Below are positions 11,574 to 22,284 of a stretch of DNA of 64,000 nucleotides, piece after piece. The DNA comes from an uncultured Planctomycetales bacterium (GTDB lineage: Bacteria > Omnitrophota > Gorgyraeia > Zapsychrales > Fredricksoniimonadaceae). The first letter of the stretch is position 1. Each line of letters begins with the position of its first letter. The translations under genes and the position numbers were made by a program. The stretch is from contig CAZNDZ010000002.1 of the NCBI GenBank assembly GCA_964572155.1, positions 339,089-403,088 of the forward strand. Direction: 5' to 3'. The notes under the pieces are model-generated. The model ran no database searches and was not told where the DNA came from. It was given only the letters and a program-made list of their open reading frames with translations.

Positions 11574-12125
11574 TTAAGATTGTTTTGTAAAAGGCATCCC
11601 GAAGAGACGCAATAATTCTAAATTTTGCTCTTTATTACCATTACGAATAACAAAGGTAATGTCCATACCTTGAATGCGATGATCACGCGCACCAGCATCA
11701 ATTTCTGGGAAGATCCCTTGATCTTGGATACCTAAGGTGTAATTACCGTCGCGGTCAAATGCTTTACGTGAAACACCGTTGAAGTCACGGATACGTGGTA
11801 AGCTAATGTTAACCAAACGATCGATAAATTCAAACATACGTGCACGACGCAATGTGACCTTGCAGCCCACCGGTAAATTCTCACGCAACTTGAAGTTTGA
11901 AATCGCTTTTTTAGCACGACGGATCGCAGGTTTTTGACCAGTGATCGTCGCTAAATCTACAGCAGCACGGTCTAAAATCTTCACATCAGAAATAGCTTCA
12001 CCAACACCCATATTGACGACAACTTTTTCAATCATTGGCACAGCCATAGGATTTGTGATGTTGTACTTCTTTTGCATTTCTGGGACTACTTCATTTCTGT
12101 ATTTTTCTAACAAACGGGCACTCAC
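11574..12125 (-). CDS. rplE: 50S ribosomal protein L5.
   Basis: 183 aa. [25 protein letters not shown]. Confidence 0.93.
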   Translation of the reverse strand: MSARLLEKYRNEVVPEMQKKYNITNPMAVPMIEKVVVNMGVGEAISDVKILDRAAVDLATITGQKPAIRRAKKAISNFKLRENLPVGCKVTLRRARMFEFIDRLVNISLPRIRDFNGVSRKAFDRDGNYTLGIQDQGIFPEIDAGARDHRIQGMDITFVIRNGNKEQNLELLRLFGMPFTKQS

Positions 12126-12139
12126 GTTAATTACCTCAC

Positions 12140-12451
12140 TTATAGTGTTTCACCAGAGCCTTTAGCAACACGAACTTTTCCGCCATCTTTAAGAAGCTTC
12201 GCAGAAAAACGTGTTGGTTTATTGCTCTTCTTATCCACCAACATTAAATTTGACAAAGCGATGGGTTTTTCAACTTCCACATAACCACCTTGAGGATATG
12301 TATCGCTTTTCTTAACGGACTTCTTTACAACATTGATATTTTCAATGACAGCCTTGTTAACTTTTGGTAAAACACGAACAACTTTGCCTGTCTTACCTTT
12401 GTTTTTACCAGCCATGACCATCACATTATCATCTTTACGAATTCTTAACAT
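12140..12451 (-). CDS. rplX: 50S ribosomal protein L24.
   Basis: 103 aa. MLRIRKDDNVMVMAGKNKGKTGKV (KOW motif). Confidence 0.92.
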   Translation of the reverse strand: MLRIRKDDNVMVMAGKNKGKTGKVVRVLPKVNKAVIENINVVKKSVKKSDTYPQGGYVEVEKPIALSNLMLVDKKSNKPTRFSAKLLKDGGKVRVAKGSGETL

Positions 12452-12452
12452 C

Positions 12453-12821
12453 TCACACCACCTCAGGAGCTAAAGAAATAATTTTCATGTATTCCATGTT
12501 ACGCAACTCACGTGCCACAGGTCCAAAAACGCGTGTACCTTTAGGGTTACCAGCGTCGTCAATAATAACAATCGCATTGGTATCAAAACGTACATAGGTA
12601 CCGTCCGTACGGCGGATCGCCTTCTTGGTGCGGACAATGATGCCCTTGGCCATGGTGCCCTTTTTAACAGCAGCATCAGGAGCACTTTCCTTGACATTGA
12701 CTTTAACAATGTCGCCAACTTGTGCCCACATCTTACCTTTGGCCTTTAACACACCGATAAGAGAAGCCTTGCGAGCCCCTGTATTATCAGCAACATCTAA
12801 AATTGTTTTTAATTGAATCAT
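12453..12821 (-). CDS. rplN: 50S ribosomal protein L14.
   Basis: 122 aa. MIQLKTILDVADNTGARK. Confidence 0.95.
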   Translation of the reverse strand: MIQLKTILDVADNTGARKASLIGVLKAKGKMWAQVGDIVKVNVKESAPDAAVKKGTMAKGIIVRTKKAIRRTDGTYVRFDTNAIVIIDDAGNPKGTRVFGPVARELRNMEYMKIISLAPEVV

Positions 12822-12841
12822 ATAAATGTCCTATTTTCTTA

Positions 12842-13099
12842 TTACTTAGAACCAACCACGTCTTGTATAACCCAGCGTTTATCTTTAGATATAGGGCGAG
12901 TTTCCATGATACGCACCACATCCCCGGTTTTTGTCGCGTTCTTTTCATCATGCGCTTTATAGGTCACAACACTACGCACAGGTTTCAAATATTTCGCATG
13001 TTTAGAAACTTGTCCAACTTGGACCACGCGTGTTTTATCCATTTTATCGCTGACGACAGTCGCTGTTAAAATACGGCGACGATTAACTCTTTTTTCCAT
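12842..13099 (-). CDS. rpsQ: 30S ribosomal protein S17.
   Basis: VVSDKMDKTRVVQV. Start re-set to ATG 13099 (MEKRVNRRRI). Still overlaps the rpmC 3' end. Confidence 0.9.
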   Translation of the reverse strand: MEKRVNRRRILTATVVSDKMDKTRVVQVGQVSKHAKYLKPVRSVVTYKAHDEKNATKTGDVVRIMETRPISKDKRWVIQDVVGSK

Positions 13100-13286
13100 C
13101 ACGTTTTCTTTCATTTAAGATAGTTAAGATTTTAGCAATATCCCGACGGGACTTACGCACATCAGAAGGCTTTTCAATCTTACCTAATTGGCGTTGATTG
13201 TTTAAGATAAACAAATCTTTCTTGATTTGCTTTTCTTTTGCGACTAATTCCTCGACGGACAAGGCTTTAATGTCTTTGATCTTCAT
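13083..13286 (-). CDS. rpmC: 50S ribosomal protein L29.
   Basis: 67 aa, helical. ELVAKEKQIKKDLFILNNQ. Confidence 0.88.
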   Translation of the reverse strand: MKIKDIKALSVEELVAKEKQIKKDLFILNNQRQLGKIEKPSDVRKSRRDIAKILTILNERKRDGKKS

Positions 13287-13294
13287 ATTAATCC

Positions 13295-13714
13295 TTAATG
13301 AGCCCCTTCACGGGTGATAAACTTTGTTTTCAATGACAACTTAAATGCAACTAAGCGTAAGATTTGTTTTGCGAAATCTTCAGGTACGCCGCCTAATTCG
13401 AAGATAACTTTACCGCGCTTAACAACCGCGACCCAATGATCCAATTCACCCTTACCTTTACCCATACGAACTTCCGCTGGTTTTTTGGTGATGGATTTAT
13501 GAGGGAATGCATTGACCCACAATTTACCGGTACCACGCAATTTACGGGCAACCACAACGCGGGATGCTTCTAATTGACGGGAAGGGATAAATCCATTCTC
13601 GAGAACTTTGAGGCCATATTCACCAAAGTGCATTTGGGCGCCGGTGGTGGCAACACCACGGGATTTCCCTTTTTGCATTTTGCGATACTTTACTCTTCTT
13701 GGCATTAACAACAT
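13295..13714 (-). CDS. rplP: 50S ribosomal protein L16.
   Basis: 139 aa. MLLMPRRVKYRKMQKG. Confidence 0.95.
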   Translation of the reverse strand: MLLMPRRVKYRKMQKGKSRGVATTGAQMHFGEYGLKVLENGFIPSRQLEASRVVVARKLRGTGKLWVNAFPHKSITKKPAEVRMGKGKGELDHWVAVVKRGKVIFELGGVPEDFAKQILRLVAFKLSLKTKFITREGAH

Positions 13715-13734
13715 AATCTTTTATCCTTTAGTCC

Positions 13735-14460
13735 TTAAGCTGCTGTTGGTGCAACTGGAGCTGCTTCGCTAACCGCTTGTACTTGGGTTGCTGCTGCTGC
13801 CGCTGCTTCGATTTCTTCTTGATCCTTGATAACATCACCCTTATAAATCCAAACCTTAACACCTAATAAACCATAGGTTGTTGTGGCTTCTGCGAAACCA
13901 TAATCAATGTCCGCACGCAATGTTTGCAATGGAATCTTACCTTCATAATATTTTTCAGTACGGGCCATTTCCGCGCCGCCTAAACGACCTGCGCAACGGA
14001 TCTTGATACCCTTTGCCCCTGCTTGACGAGAAGTTTCAATCGCACGTTTCATCGCACGACGGAAAGCAACGCGTTTTTCCAATTGGAAAGCTACGCTTTG
14101 GGCAACTAATTGTGCATCTAAATTTGGTTGTTTGATCTCTTGGATATCGACGACAATTTTATCCATGTCTTTGCCGGTGATATCTTTGAGTTCTGCACGC
14201 AAACGGTCAATGTCAGCGCCACGACGGCCAATGATAACACCTGGGCGTGCGGTATGGATGCGGACTTTAATTTGTTCAGCTAAGCGCTCGATGACGATCA
14301 AAGAAACAGCAGCTTGTAAAAATTTCACGCGGATGTACTTACGGATCTTGTAATCTTCTTGCACGTTCTTCGCATAATCTCTGCGTTCAGCAAACCATAA
14401 GCTGCGCCAATTCTTTGTATAACCTAATCTGAGTGCTAACGGATGAACTTTTTGTCCCAC
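13735..14460 (-). CDS. rpsC: 30S ribosomal protein S3.
   Basis: 241 aa. MGQKVHPLALRLGYTKNWRSLWFA. KH domain. Confidence 0.95.
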   Translation of the reverse strand: MGQKVHPLALRLGYTKNWRSLWFAERRDYAKNVQEDYKIRKYIRVKFLQAAVSLIVIERLAEQIKVRIHTARPGVIIGRRGADIDRLRAELKDITGKDMDKIVVDIQEIKQPNLDAQLVAQSVAFQLEKRVAFRRAMKRAIETSRQAGAKGIKIRCAGRLGGAEMARTEKYYEGKIPLQTLRADIDYGFAEATTTYGLLGVKVWIYKGDVIKDQEEIEAAAAAATQVQAVSEAAPVAPTAA

Positions 14461-14480
14461 TGATTTGTCCTTTTGTTAAT

Positions 14481-14825
14481 TTAAGATTTTCTGTTCGTTG
14501 TTAAATCGAGCTCAATCACTAAATGTGTGGTGCGTCGTAAAATTGGTGTTGCGCGACCAAAAGATGCTGCTCTAAAACGTTTCCACGAACCACCATGATC
14601 GGCGGTGATACGTGAAATGTACAATTGATCTTCGGTTAAACCTTTTTGCTTGGCATTAGCGACAGCTGAATCCAAAACCTTTTGTACAGAATCAACGCTG
14701 CCCTTGTTGATTTGCTGCAATAAAGCATTGGATGTGGCAATGTCTTTGCCGCGCAACACGTCAATGACTTGACGCATTTTCATCGAAGATACTCTTAAAT
14801 ATTTGGCATTAGCTTTAGCTATCAT
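14481..14825 (-). CDS. rplV: 50S ribosomal protein L22.
   Basis: 114 aa. Position and fold-typical sequence. Confidence 0.9.
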   Translation of the reverse strand: MIAKANAKYLRVSSMKMRQVIDVLRGKDIATSNALLQQINKGSVDSVQKVLDSAVANAKQKGLTEDQLYISRITADHGGSWKRFRAASFGRATPILRRTTHLVIELDLTTNRKS

Positions 14826-14834
14826 AAAATTTCC

Positions 14835-15122
14835 TTATTTCTTCTGCATGGACTTCTTCGCCTTAACACCGCCGTGAGCTTTGAACGTGCGTGTAGAAAC
14901 GAATTCGCCTAATTTTAAACCAACCATGTTCTCCGTCACAAAAACAGGAACGTGTTTTTTACCATCATGAACCGCGAATGTATACCCGACAAAGTTTGGG
15001 ATAATCGTTGAACGGCGTGACCATGTCTTGATAGGTTGACGTGAACCAGAAGCGATGGTTTTGTCAAAACGACGTTGCAATGATTCTTCTACATATGCGC
15101 CTTTTTTTACGGAACGTGCCAT
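14835..15122 (-). CDS. rpsS: 30S ribosomal protein S19.
   Basis: 95 aa. [15 protein letters not shown]...[21 protein letters not shown]. Confidence 0.95.
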   Translation of the reverse strand: MARSVKKGAYVEESLQRRFDKTIASGSRQPIKTWSRRSTIIPNFVGYTFAVHDGKKHVPVFVTENMVGLKLGEFVSTRTFKAHGGVKAKKSMQKK

Positions 15123-15123
15123 A

Positions 15124-15963
15124 TTATTTGGTCCTTCTCTTTACGATCAAATGATCAGAATATTTTCTCTTCTTACGGGTCTTGGCACCTTTGGTTGGTT
15201 TACCCCATGGTGTAACTGGATGAGGATTACCTTGAGGTGTTTTACCTTCCCCACCACCGTGAGGATGGTCTACTGGGTTCATAACCACACCACGAGATTG
15301 TGGACGACGACCTAACCAGCGGCTACGACCAGCCTTACCGATTGAGACGGTTTCATTTTCCACATTGCTTAATTGACCGATGGTTGCACGGCAATCAACG
15401 GAAATTTTACGAACTTCTGACGATGGTAAACGCACATGCGCCATTAAACCTTCACGGGCAATCAATTGAGCAGTTGCACCAGCTGAACGTGCCAATTGGC
15501 CGCCTAAGCCTGCTTTTAATTCCACGTTATGAATACCTGTACCGAGTGGGATCTTCTTTAATGGCATGCAATTACCAGAACGCATTTCCACATCACCATC
15601 GTTGGTGCTGATGACAGAATCTCCGACTTTCAGATCTAGTGGTGCTAAAATGTATGACTTTTGTTTATCACTTTTATATTCGATCAACGCGATGCGGCAG
15701 GTGCGGTTAGGATCATATTCAATGCCTAAGACCGTTGCAATATCATCGAGACGGGTACGTTTAAAATCAATCAAACGATACATGCGCTTGTGACCTGCGC
15801 CACGGTGACGTGACGTGATACGGCCATAGCTGTTACGTCCACCGGTTCTCTTGAGTGGTGTTAACAAAGATTTTTCCGGTTTACCCTTGGTGATTTCAGC
15901 GAAATCAGGTAACGCTGCGTGGCGTAATCCGTTCGTTGTTGGTTTAAAACGCTTGATACCCAT
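15124..15963 (-). CDS. rplB: 50S ribosomal protein L2.
   Basis: 279 aa. [13 protein letters not shown]. Confidence 0.96.
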   Translation of the reverse strand: MGIKRFKPTTNGLRHAALPDFAEITKGKPEKSLLTPLKRTGGRNSYGRITSRHRGAGHKRMYRLIDFKRTRLDDIATVLGIEYDPNRTCRIALIEYKSDKQKSYILAPLDLKVGDSVISTNDGDVEMRSGNCMPLKKIPLGTGIHNVELKAGLGGQLARSAGATAQLIAREGLMAHVRLPSSEVRKISVDCRATIGQLSNVENETVSIGKAGRSRWLGRRPQSRGVVMNPVDHPHGGGEGKTPQGNPHPVTPWGKPTKGAKTRKKRKYSDHLIVKRRTK

Positions 15964-16031
15964 TTATAAACTCCCCTGGTTATACTATTGCAAATTTGAT
16001 ACCGTGTCGGGCTCTAGATTAGAGGCCGACC

Positions 16032-16313
16032 TTAGATTGCTGACTCTATTTTTTGTCCCTCTTGAAGAGTGACACAAGCTTTTTTCCATGCACGGGTGTA
16101 ACCGGACTTAAAACGCACGCGCTTTAATTTTCCGACGACCATGCTGGTGTTGACGTCTTGAACTTTAACCTTATAAATTTCTTCAACCGCACGACGCACA
16201 TCGATCTTTGTCGCTGTATCGGAAATATGAAAAACATATTTACGTTGTGCTTCTAAACCGGTTGTTTTTTCTGTGCGCACAAGCGCTTTTAATGTGTCGT
16301 AGCAAGTAATCAT
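16032..16313 (-). CDS. rplW: 50S ribosomal protein L23.
   Basis: 93 aa. Position between rplD and rplB. Confidence 0.88.
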   Translation of the reverse strand: MITCYDTLKALVRTEKTTGLEAQRKYVFHISDTATKIDVRRAVEEIYKVKVQDVNTSMVVGKLKRVRFKSGYTRAWKKACVTLQEGQKIESAI

Positions 16314-16933
16314 TGGATTCTCTTTAATAATGTTTCAAGTGCTGATTTGGTTACTAAAACGTTCTTATTGCTTAAGATGTCCTTGGCATTCGCATTATGT
16401 GCAGAACTTAAGGTCACATAAGGAATGTTACGGGCAGCTAATAATGTCTTCTCATCATTGTTATCGAGCATGACCAAGGTGCGACCTTCAAGCTTAAGTG
16501 CCGCTAAAACAGCGACGAACTCTTTGGTTTTACCAGAAGCAATTTCCCATTTCTCAATGCAAATTAATTCATTGCTTAAGAACTTAGCATTCAATGATTC
16601 ACGTAAGGCGGCAGATCTAACTTTGCGAGGAACTTCGTAGCTGAAATCACGAGGCTTTGGACCGAAGGTGATACCACCCTTTTTCCATAGCGGAGAACGT
16701 GAAGAACCAGCACGCGCACGGCCTGTACCTTTTTGTGCCCAAGGTTTCTTACCACCACCAGAAACTTCACCACGATCTTTCGTAGATACAGTTCCTTGAC
16801 GGTTGTTAGCGTTGTACATGACAATGGCTTGATGTAAAACACCGTTGGAAACATGCACGCCAAACTTTTCCTTTGGCAATTGAATGCTGTCTGCTTTTTT
16901 ACCTTTAATATTAACAACCACTAATTCTGGCAT
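16310..16933 (-). CDS. rplD: 50S ribosomal protein L4.
   Basis: 207 aa. GGGKKPWAQKGTGRARAGSSRSPLWKKGG. Confidence 0.94.
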   Translation of the reverse strand: MPELVVVNIKGKKADSIQLPKEKFGVHVSNGVLHQAIVMYNANNRQGTVSTKDRGEVSGGGKKPWAQKGTGRARAGSSRSPLWKKGGITFGPKPRDFSYEVPRKVRSAALRESLNAKFLSNELICIEKWEIASGKTKEFVAVLAALKLEGRTLVMLDNNDEKTLLAARNIPYVTLSSAHNANAKDILSNKNVLVTKSALETLLKRIQ

Positions 16934-17016
16934 AAACTTTCCTTATTTCCCGTTATTCATTTAGTCCCCATGAAACGGGGAATAAATACTCCTCTAATTA
17001 TACACCGAGGAAGTCT

Positions 17017-17730
17017 TTATTTCTTAGCCGTTTTGGCTACAGAAGCTTTACTTTGCTTCATTGGATTACGTTTAACAGCAACGACTTCTCTCTTATCATC
17101 CAATGAGCGGAAAGCTTTCTTGAATGACTTATTAATGTAAACAATCCCGTTCTTATGACCTGGAACGCAACCTTTGACTAAGATCAAATTGGTTTCAGGT
17201 TCAACTTTCATGACGCGCAAACTTTGCACCGTCACGGTATCCATACCCATATGACCTGGCATGTGTTTACCCTTATATGTACGTGAAGGGTCAGAAGAAG
17301 AGCTGTTGGAACCAATGCGACGGTGATGCATAGAACCGTGAGCTGCGGGACCACCATTCCAACCCCAGCGCACCATACCGCCTTGGAAACCTTTACCAAT
17401 CGATGTGCCTGTGACATCAACGAAATCACCCGCTTGAAAGAAATCAGCTTTCAATTCTTGACCGATCTTGTAATCCTTATTATCGGTAGACTTGAATTCC
17501 TTGATATGCTTTAAAGGGGACACGTTGTGTCTCTTGAAGAAACCAAGTTCTGGTTTATTCAAACGGCTTTCTTTAACCGGTAAATACCCTAAAACAACTT
17601 TTGTAGGTTTATCTTTTAAACCTAATATTGTACATGGACCAGCTTCAACGACGGTAACTGGAATGATGTTACCTTCTGTGTCGAAAATCTGGGTCATGCC
17701 CACTTTTTTTCCCATTAAACCGCGAATCAT
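17017..17730 (-). CDS. rplC: 50S ribosomal protein L3.
   Basis: 237 aa. [17 protein letters not shown]. Confidence 0.94.
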   Translation of the reverse strand: MIRGLMGKKVGMTQIFDTEGNIIPVTVVEAGPCTILGLKDKPTKVVLGYLPVKESRLNKPELGFFKRHNVSPLKHIKEFKSTDNKDYKIGQELKADFFQAGDFVDVTGTSIGKGFQGGMVRWGWNGGPAAHGSMHHRRIGSNSSSSDPSRTYKGKHMPGHMGMDTVTVQSLRVMKVEPETNLILVKGCVPGHKNGIVYINKSFKKAFRSLDDKREVVAVKRNPMKQSKASVAKTAKK

Positions 17731-17740
17731 GTATTATCTC

Positions 17741-18046
17741 CTACTGCTTGATCTCTACATCCACACCAGCGGGTAAGTTTAGCTTGCGCAAAGCTTCCAC
17801 GGTTTTGGATGTGGGGTTAACAAGATCAATCAGGCGTTTATGCGTTGCCAATTGAAATTGCTCCCGGCTTTTCTTATCAATGACCGGTGAACGAAGGACG
17901 GTGAACAGTTCCTTTTTCGTCGGTAGCGGTACTGGACCCAACACTTGGGCACCGGTACGGATCGCTGTGTCCACAATTTCTTGAGTTGATTGATCAATCA
18001 ACCTATGGTCAAACGCTTTTAATTTAATCCTAATTTTTTGCATCAA
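17741..18046 (-). CDS. rpsJ: 30S ribosomal protein S10.
   Basis: 101 aa. [17 protein letters not shown]. Confidence 0.95.
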   Translation of the reverse strand: MMQKIRIKLKAFDHRLIDQSTQEIVDTAIRTGAQVLGPVPLPTKKELFTVLRSPVIDKKSREQFQLATHKRLIDLVNPTSKTVEALRKLNLPAGVDVEIKQ

Positions 18047-18054
18047 TTTCTACC

Positions 18055-19251
18055 TTATTTAATGATTTCTGAGATAACACCTGCACCGACCGTACGACCA
18101 CCTTCGCGGATAGCGAAACGTAATTCTTTTTCCATAGCGACAGGCGTAATCAATTCAACGGTTAAGGTTGCGTTATCACCTGGCATACACATTTCTTGGC
18201 CTTCTGGTAATTCGGCTGTACCTGTAACGTCTGTTGTACGGAAATAGAATTGAGGACGGTAACCTTTGAAGAATGGGGTATGACGACCACCTTCTTCTTT
18301 TGTTAAAATGTAAACCGTTGCCTTGAATTTGGTGTGAGGATTAATAGAACCCTTAGCGGCTAAAACCATCCCGCGTTCGATATCTTCCTTGTTCGCACCG
18401 CGTAACAATAAACCAACGTTATCACCTGCTTGACCTTCATCTAAGTCCTTGCGGAACATTTCAACACCGGTCACAACAACAGGCTTTACATCTGGGCGTA
18501 AACCGATCAACGCAACTTCATCGTTAACCTTAACGCGACCACGTTCGATACGACCTGTAGCGACGGTACCACGACCTGAGATCGAGAACACGTCTTCAAC
18601 AGCCATGATGAAAGGCTTATCCAATTCACGTGTTGGATTTGGAATAAATTCGTCAACAGCCTTCATTAAGTCTAAGATTGGTTTTGCTTTGCCTTCAAAA
18701 TCTTTTGGATTGTTTAATGCTTCTAGTGCGGAACCCTTGATGATTGGAGTATTGTCACCGTCGAACTTATACTTGGTTAACAAATCTCTAACTTCTAATT
18801 CAACTAACTCTAATAATTCTTTATCTTGAACTTGATCGCATTTGTTTAAGAAAACAACGATCTTTGGAACGTTAACTTGACGGGCTAAAAGGATGTGTTC
18901 GCGTGTTTGTGGCATTGGACCGTCAGTTGCTGATACGACGAGGATAGCACCATCCATTTGAGCGGCACCTGTGATCATGTTCTTGATATAATCCGCGTGA
19001 CCTGGACAGTCGATGTGAGCGTAGTGACGACCTTCTGTTTCGTATTCCAAATGCGAAATGTTGATCGTAACACCGCGTTCTTTTTCTTCTGGTGCATTAT
19101 CGATAGAATCGTAAGCACGTGCTTGAGCCAAACCTTTGTGACTGAGTACTGTCGCAATCGCAGCAGACAATGTTGTCTTACCATGATCAACGTGACCGAT
19201 TGTACCGATGTTCAAGTGCGGTTTATTACGATTGAATTTTTCTTTAGCCAT
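18055..19251 (-). CDS. tuf: Elongation factor Tu.
   Basis: 398 aa. [22 protein letters not shown]. Confidence 0.97.
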   Translation of the reverse strand: MAKEKFNRNKPHLNIGTIGHVDHGKTTLSAAIATVLSHKGLAQARAYDSIDNAPEEKERGVTINISHLEYETEGRHYAHIDCPGHADYIKNMITGAAQMDGAILVVSATDGPMPQTREHILLARQVNVPKIVVFLNKCDQVQDKELLELVELEVRDLLTKYKFDGDNTPIIKGSALEALNNPKDFEGKAKPILDLMKAVDEFIPNPTRELDKPFIMAVEDVFSISGRGTVATGRIERGRVKVNDEVALIGLRPDVKPVVVTGVEMFRKDLDEGQAGDNVGLLLRGANKEDIERGMVLAAKGSINPHTKFKATVYILTKEEGGRHTPFFKGYRPQFYFRTTDVTGTAELPEGQEMCMPGDNATLTVELITPVAMEKELRFAIREGGRTVGAGVISEIIK

Positions 19252-19327
19252 CGTGAGACCCTCCGTTTAAAAAATTAAAGTTTAAAAGGATACAATATTA
19301 AAAACTAAATGTCAACAACAATATGCG

Positions 19328-21430
19328 TTAACTGACTTTAGCAACAAACTCTTGACGAGCGCCGATGATTTTCTCGGCGATAGTGTTTGGAACTTGGTCA
19401 TAGTGCGACGGTTCCATTGAGAATGATGCGCGTCCCTGCGTGAGAGAGCGCAGCGCATTCGCGTAGCCAAACATTTCAGATAAAGGAACATCAACCAAGG
19501 CAGTTTTTAATTTGCCACGATTTCCTGTCTCTTTAATCTGTGCGCGTCTTTTCATCAAATCACCTGTAACGTTACCCCAGTGATCATCAGAACATTCAAC
19601 TTCTAATTTCATGATTGGTTCTTGGAAAACAGAACCTGCTTTACGCATGGCTTCCTTGATGGCTTGTTTGCCAGCCAATTGGAAAGACATTTCGTCTGAG
19701 TCAACATCGTGATAAGAACCATCGACCAAAGTTACGGTAACATCGGTGACAGGATAACCTGCTAAGACACCGTTTTGTGTGCCTAATTCCATACCTTCAC
19801 GGGCAGGCTTGATAAATTCACGAGGGATTGCCCCACCTTTGATTTTATCAATGAACACAAAACCTTTGCCAGCTTCACCTGGCTCTACATCGATCACAAC
19901 GTGACCATATTTACCACGACCACCAGACTGTTGAACATACTTACCAACAATACCAGTGACTTTTTTCGTAATAGCTTCTTTGTAAGCAACTTCAGGACGA
20001 CCGACGTTGGCTTCCAATTTATCTTCACGTTTCATACGATCAACAATGATTTCCAAGTGCAACTCACCCATCCCAGAAATAATTGTTTGCGATGTTTCGT
20101 GATCAAATTTAACACGTAATGAAGGATCCTCGTCAAGGAACTTACGTAAAACCAAGCCCATTTTATCTTGATCTGCTTTTGTTTTTGGTTCAATCGCCAA
20201 AGACACAACAGCTTCGGGTGGTTTCAAACCATCCAATAAAATTGGGGTTGATTCTAAACATAGGGTGTCCCCACTCTTACTTTCCTTCAAACCAACGAAT
20301 GCAACAATTTCACCAGCAGACGCTGAAGAAATAATTTCTTGCTTGTTGGAGTGCATGATAACAATCTTAGCAATCTTTTCTTTCTTACCATTGGAAGCGT
20401 TTAAGTATTCTTGACCTGGAACGAATTTACCTTGGTAAATGCGGGTAAAGAAAATCTTTCCAACGTATTTATCAGAAGCGATTTTGAAAACCAGCGCCAC
20501 CGGTGGCAAATTTGGATCAGCCTTAATGGTGATAGCTTCTTCTTTTTTATCTGGATTAGAACCCTTCATCTTGGTGACATCGAGTGGTGAAGGTAAATAC
20601 GCAACGACGGCATCAAGAACGAATTGAACGCCGCGGTTCATTTTTGAAGTTCCCGTTAAAACAGGGATAAATTTACAAGCAATAACTGCGCGACGGATGG
20701 CTTGCATCAATTGTTCTTTGGTTGGTTCTTTACCATTCAGATAAAGATCTGCCATTTCATCGTCGACATCTGCCAAACGTTCAATCAATGTATGACGGTA
20801 TTCTGATAATCTTTCATGAAACTCTGGTGGCACAGGTAACAAATCAAATTCTTGGCCATCAGCATCTTTGTATTGGATATATTTTTCATTGACGACGTCA
20901 ATGAGACCTTTAAAATTATTTTCTGTACCATCATTGAACACAATGGATGCCGCATTGGCACCAAAACGTTCACGCATTTCACCTAAGACGCGATCGAAAT
21001 CAGCACCTAAACGGTCAATTTTATTGATGAACGCGATGCGTGGGACATTATATTTATCAGCTTGACGATATACCGTTTCTGTTTGTGGTTGAACACCAGA
21101 ACATGCACACAAAACAATAACAGCACCGTCGAGAACTTTTAAGGAACGTTCGACTTCAATGGTAAAATCCACGTGCCCTGGGGTATCGATGATGTTGATG
21201 CGATGATCCTTCCAGAAGCAAGTTGTCGCCGCTGCGGTGATCGTAATACCACGTTCTTGTTCTTGTGGCATCCAATCCATGGCGGTGTTACCATCGTCGA
21301 TATTACCCATTTTATGGATAGTACCTGTATAGTACAAAATACGCTCTGTCGTCGTGGTTTTACCCGCGTCGATGTGAGCGATGATACCAATATTACGGAA
21401 CATGTTTAAAGGAACTGTATTAGCAGACAT
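19328..21430 (-). CDS. fusA: Elongation factor G.
   Basis: 700 aa. [20 protein letters not shown]. Confidence 0.97.
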   Translation of the reverse strand: MSANTVPLNMFRNIGIIAHIDAGKTTTTERILYYTGTIHKMGNIDDGNTAMDWMPQEQERGITITAAATTCFWKDHRINIIDTPGHVDFTIEVERSLKVLDGAVIVLCACSGVQPQTETVYRQADKYNVPRIAFINKIDRLGADFDRVLGEMRERFGANAASIVFNDGTENNFKGLIDVVNEKYIQYKDADGQEFDLLPVPPEFHERLSEYRHTLIERLADVDDEMADLYLNGKEPTKEQLMQAIRRAVIACKFIPVLTGTSKMNRGVQFVLDAVVAYLPSPLDVTKMKGSNPDKKEEAITIKADPNLPPVALVFKIASDKYVGKIFFTRIYQGKFVPGQEYLNASNGKKEKIAKIVIMHSNKQEIISSASAGEIVAFVGLKESKSGDTLCLESTPILLDGLKPPEAVVSLAIEPKTKADQDKMGLVLRKFLDEDPSLRVKFDHETSQTIISGMGELHLEIIVDRMKREDKLEANVGRPEVAYKEAITKKVTGIVGKYVQQSGGRGKYGHVVIDVEPGEAGKGFVFIDKIKGGAIPREFIKPAREGMELGTQNGVLAGYPVTDVTVTLVDGSYHDVDSDEMSFQLAGKQAIKEAMRKAGSVFQEPIMKLEVECSDDHWGNVTGDLMKRRAQIKETGNRGKLKTALVDVPLSEMFGYANALRSLTQGRASFSMEPSHYDQVPNTIAEKIIGARQEFVAKVS

Positions 21431-21436
21431 GGGAAA

Positions 21437-21907
21437 TTACCAGCGTAGGTGGCTAAAAGCGCGGTTGGCTTCGGCCATTTTATGGGTTTCATCACGTTTC
21501 TTAATTGCGGGACCTTCGCTTTTGTAAGCAGCAATCAACTCTTCAGCAAGCTTAACTTCCATTGGCTTACCTTTTTTATTACGGGCAAAATCACGAATCC
21601 AGCGCATGGCCAATGACATACCACGTGCAGGAACAACATCGGTTGGAACTTGGTAAGTTGCACCACCCACGCGACGACCTTTAACTTCAAGTCTCGGACG
21701 GGCATTATCAATCGCCTTGGTCAATGCTTTAGAAGCATTTTCTTCAGCGGTCTTTTCTTTTAAGATTTCAAGTGCGCTATAGACAATGCGTTCTGCGGTT
21801 GTCTTTTTGCCTTCAACCATGACGATGGCCACAAAACGTGATACCAAGTCACTGTTAAACTTTGGATCTGGAGTTACTTCTCTTTTATCTGCACGACGAC
21901 GTCTCAT
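21437..21907 (-). CDS. rpsG: 30S ribosomal protein S7.
   Basis: 156 aa. Confidence 0.93.
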   Translation of the reverse strand: MRRRRADKREVTPDPKFNSDLVSRFVAIVMVEGKKTTAERIVYSALEILKEKTAEENASKALTKAIDNARPRLEVKGRRVGGATYQVPTDVVPARGMSLAMRWIRDFARNKKGKPMEVKLAEELIAAYKSEGPAIKKRDETHKMAEANRAFSHLRW

Positions 21908-22284
21908 TATTTAGCCTTTGGTCTTTTTGTTCCATACTTGGAGCGTGATTGATTACGATTTGCTACACCAGCTGTGTCAAGTGTACCACGAACAATGTGA
22001 TAACGCACACCTGGCAAATCCTTAACACGACCGCCACGAACTAAAACGATCGAGTGTTCCTGTAAGTTATGACCTTCCCCTGGAATGTAGGAAGTGACTT
22101 CAATTTTGTTCGATAGACGGACACGTGAAATCTTACGCAAAGCCGAGTTAGGCTTTTTAGGAGTCATTGTCTTAACTTGTAAACATACCCCACGTCTTTG
22201 AGGGCATTTTGTTAAGGCAGGTGACTTACTGCGCTTGACTTTGATGTTCCGGCGATGTCTGATTAATTGTGATATCGTTGGCAT
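21907..22284 (-). CDS. rpsL: 30S ribosomal protein S12.
   Basis: 125 aa. [12 protein letters not shown]...[10 protein letters not shown]. Confidence 0.96.
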   Translation of the reverse strand: MPTISQLIRHRRNIKVKRSKSPALTKCPQRRGVCLQVKTMTPKKPNSALRKISRVRLSNKIEVTSYIPGEGHNLQEHSIVLVRGGRVKDLPGVRYHIVRGTLDTAGVANRNQSRSKYGTKRPKAK

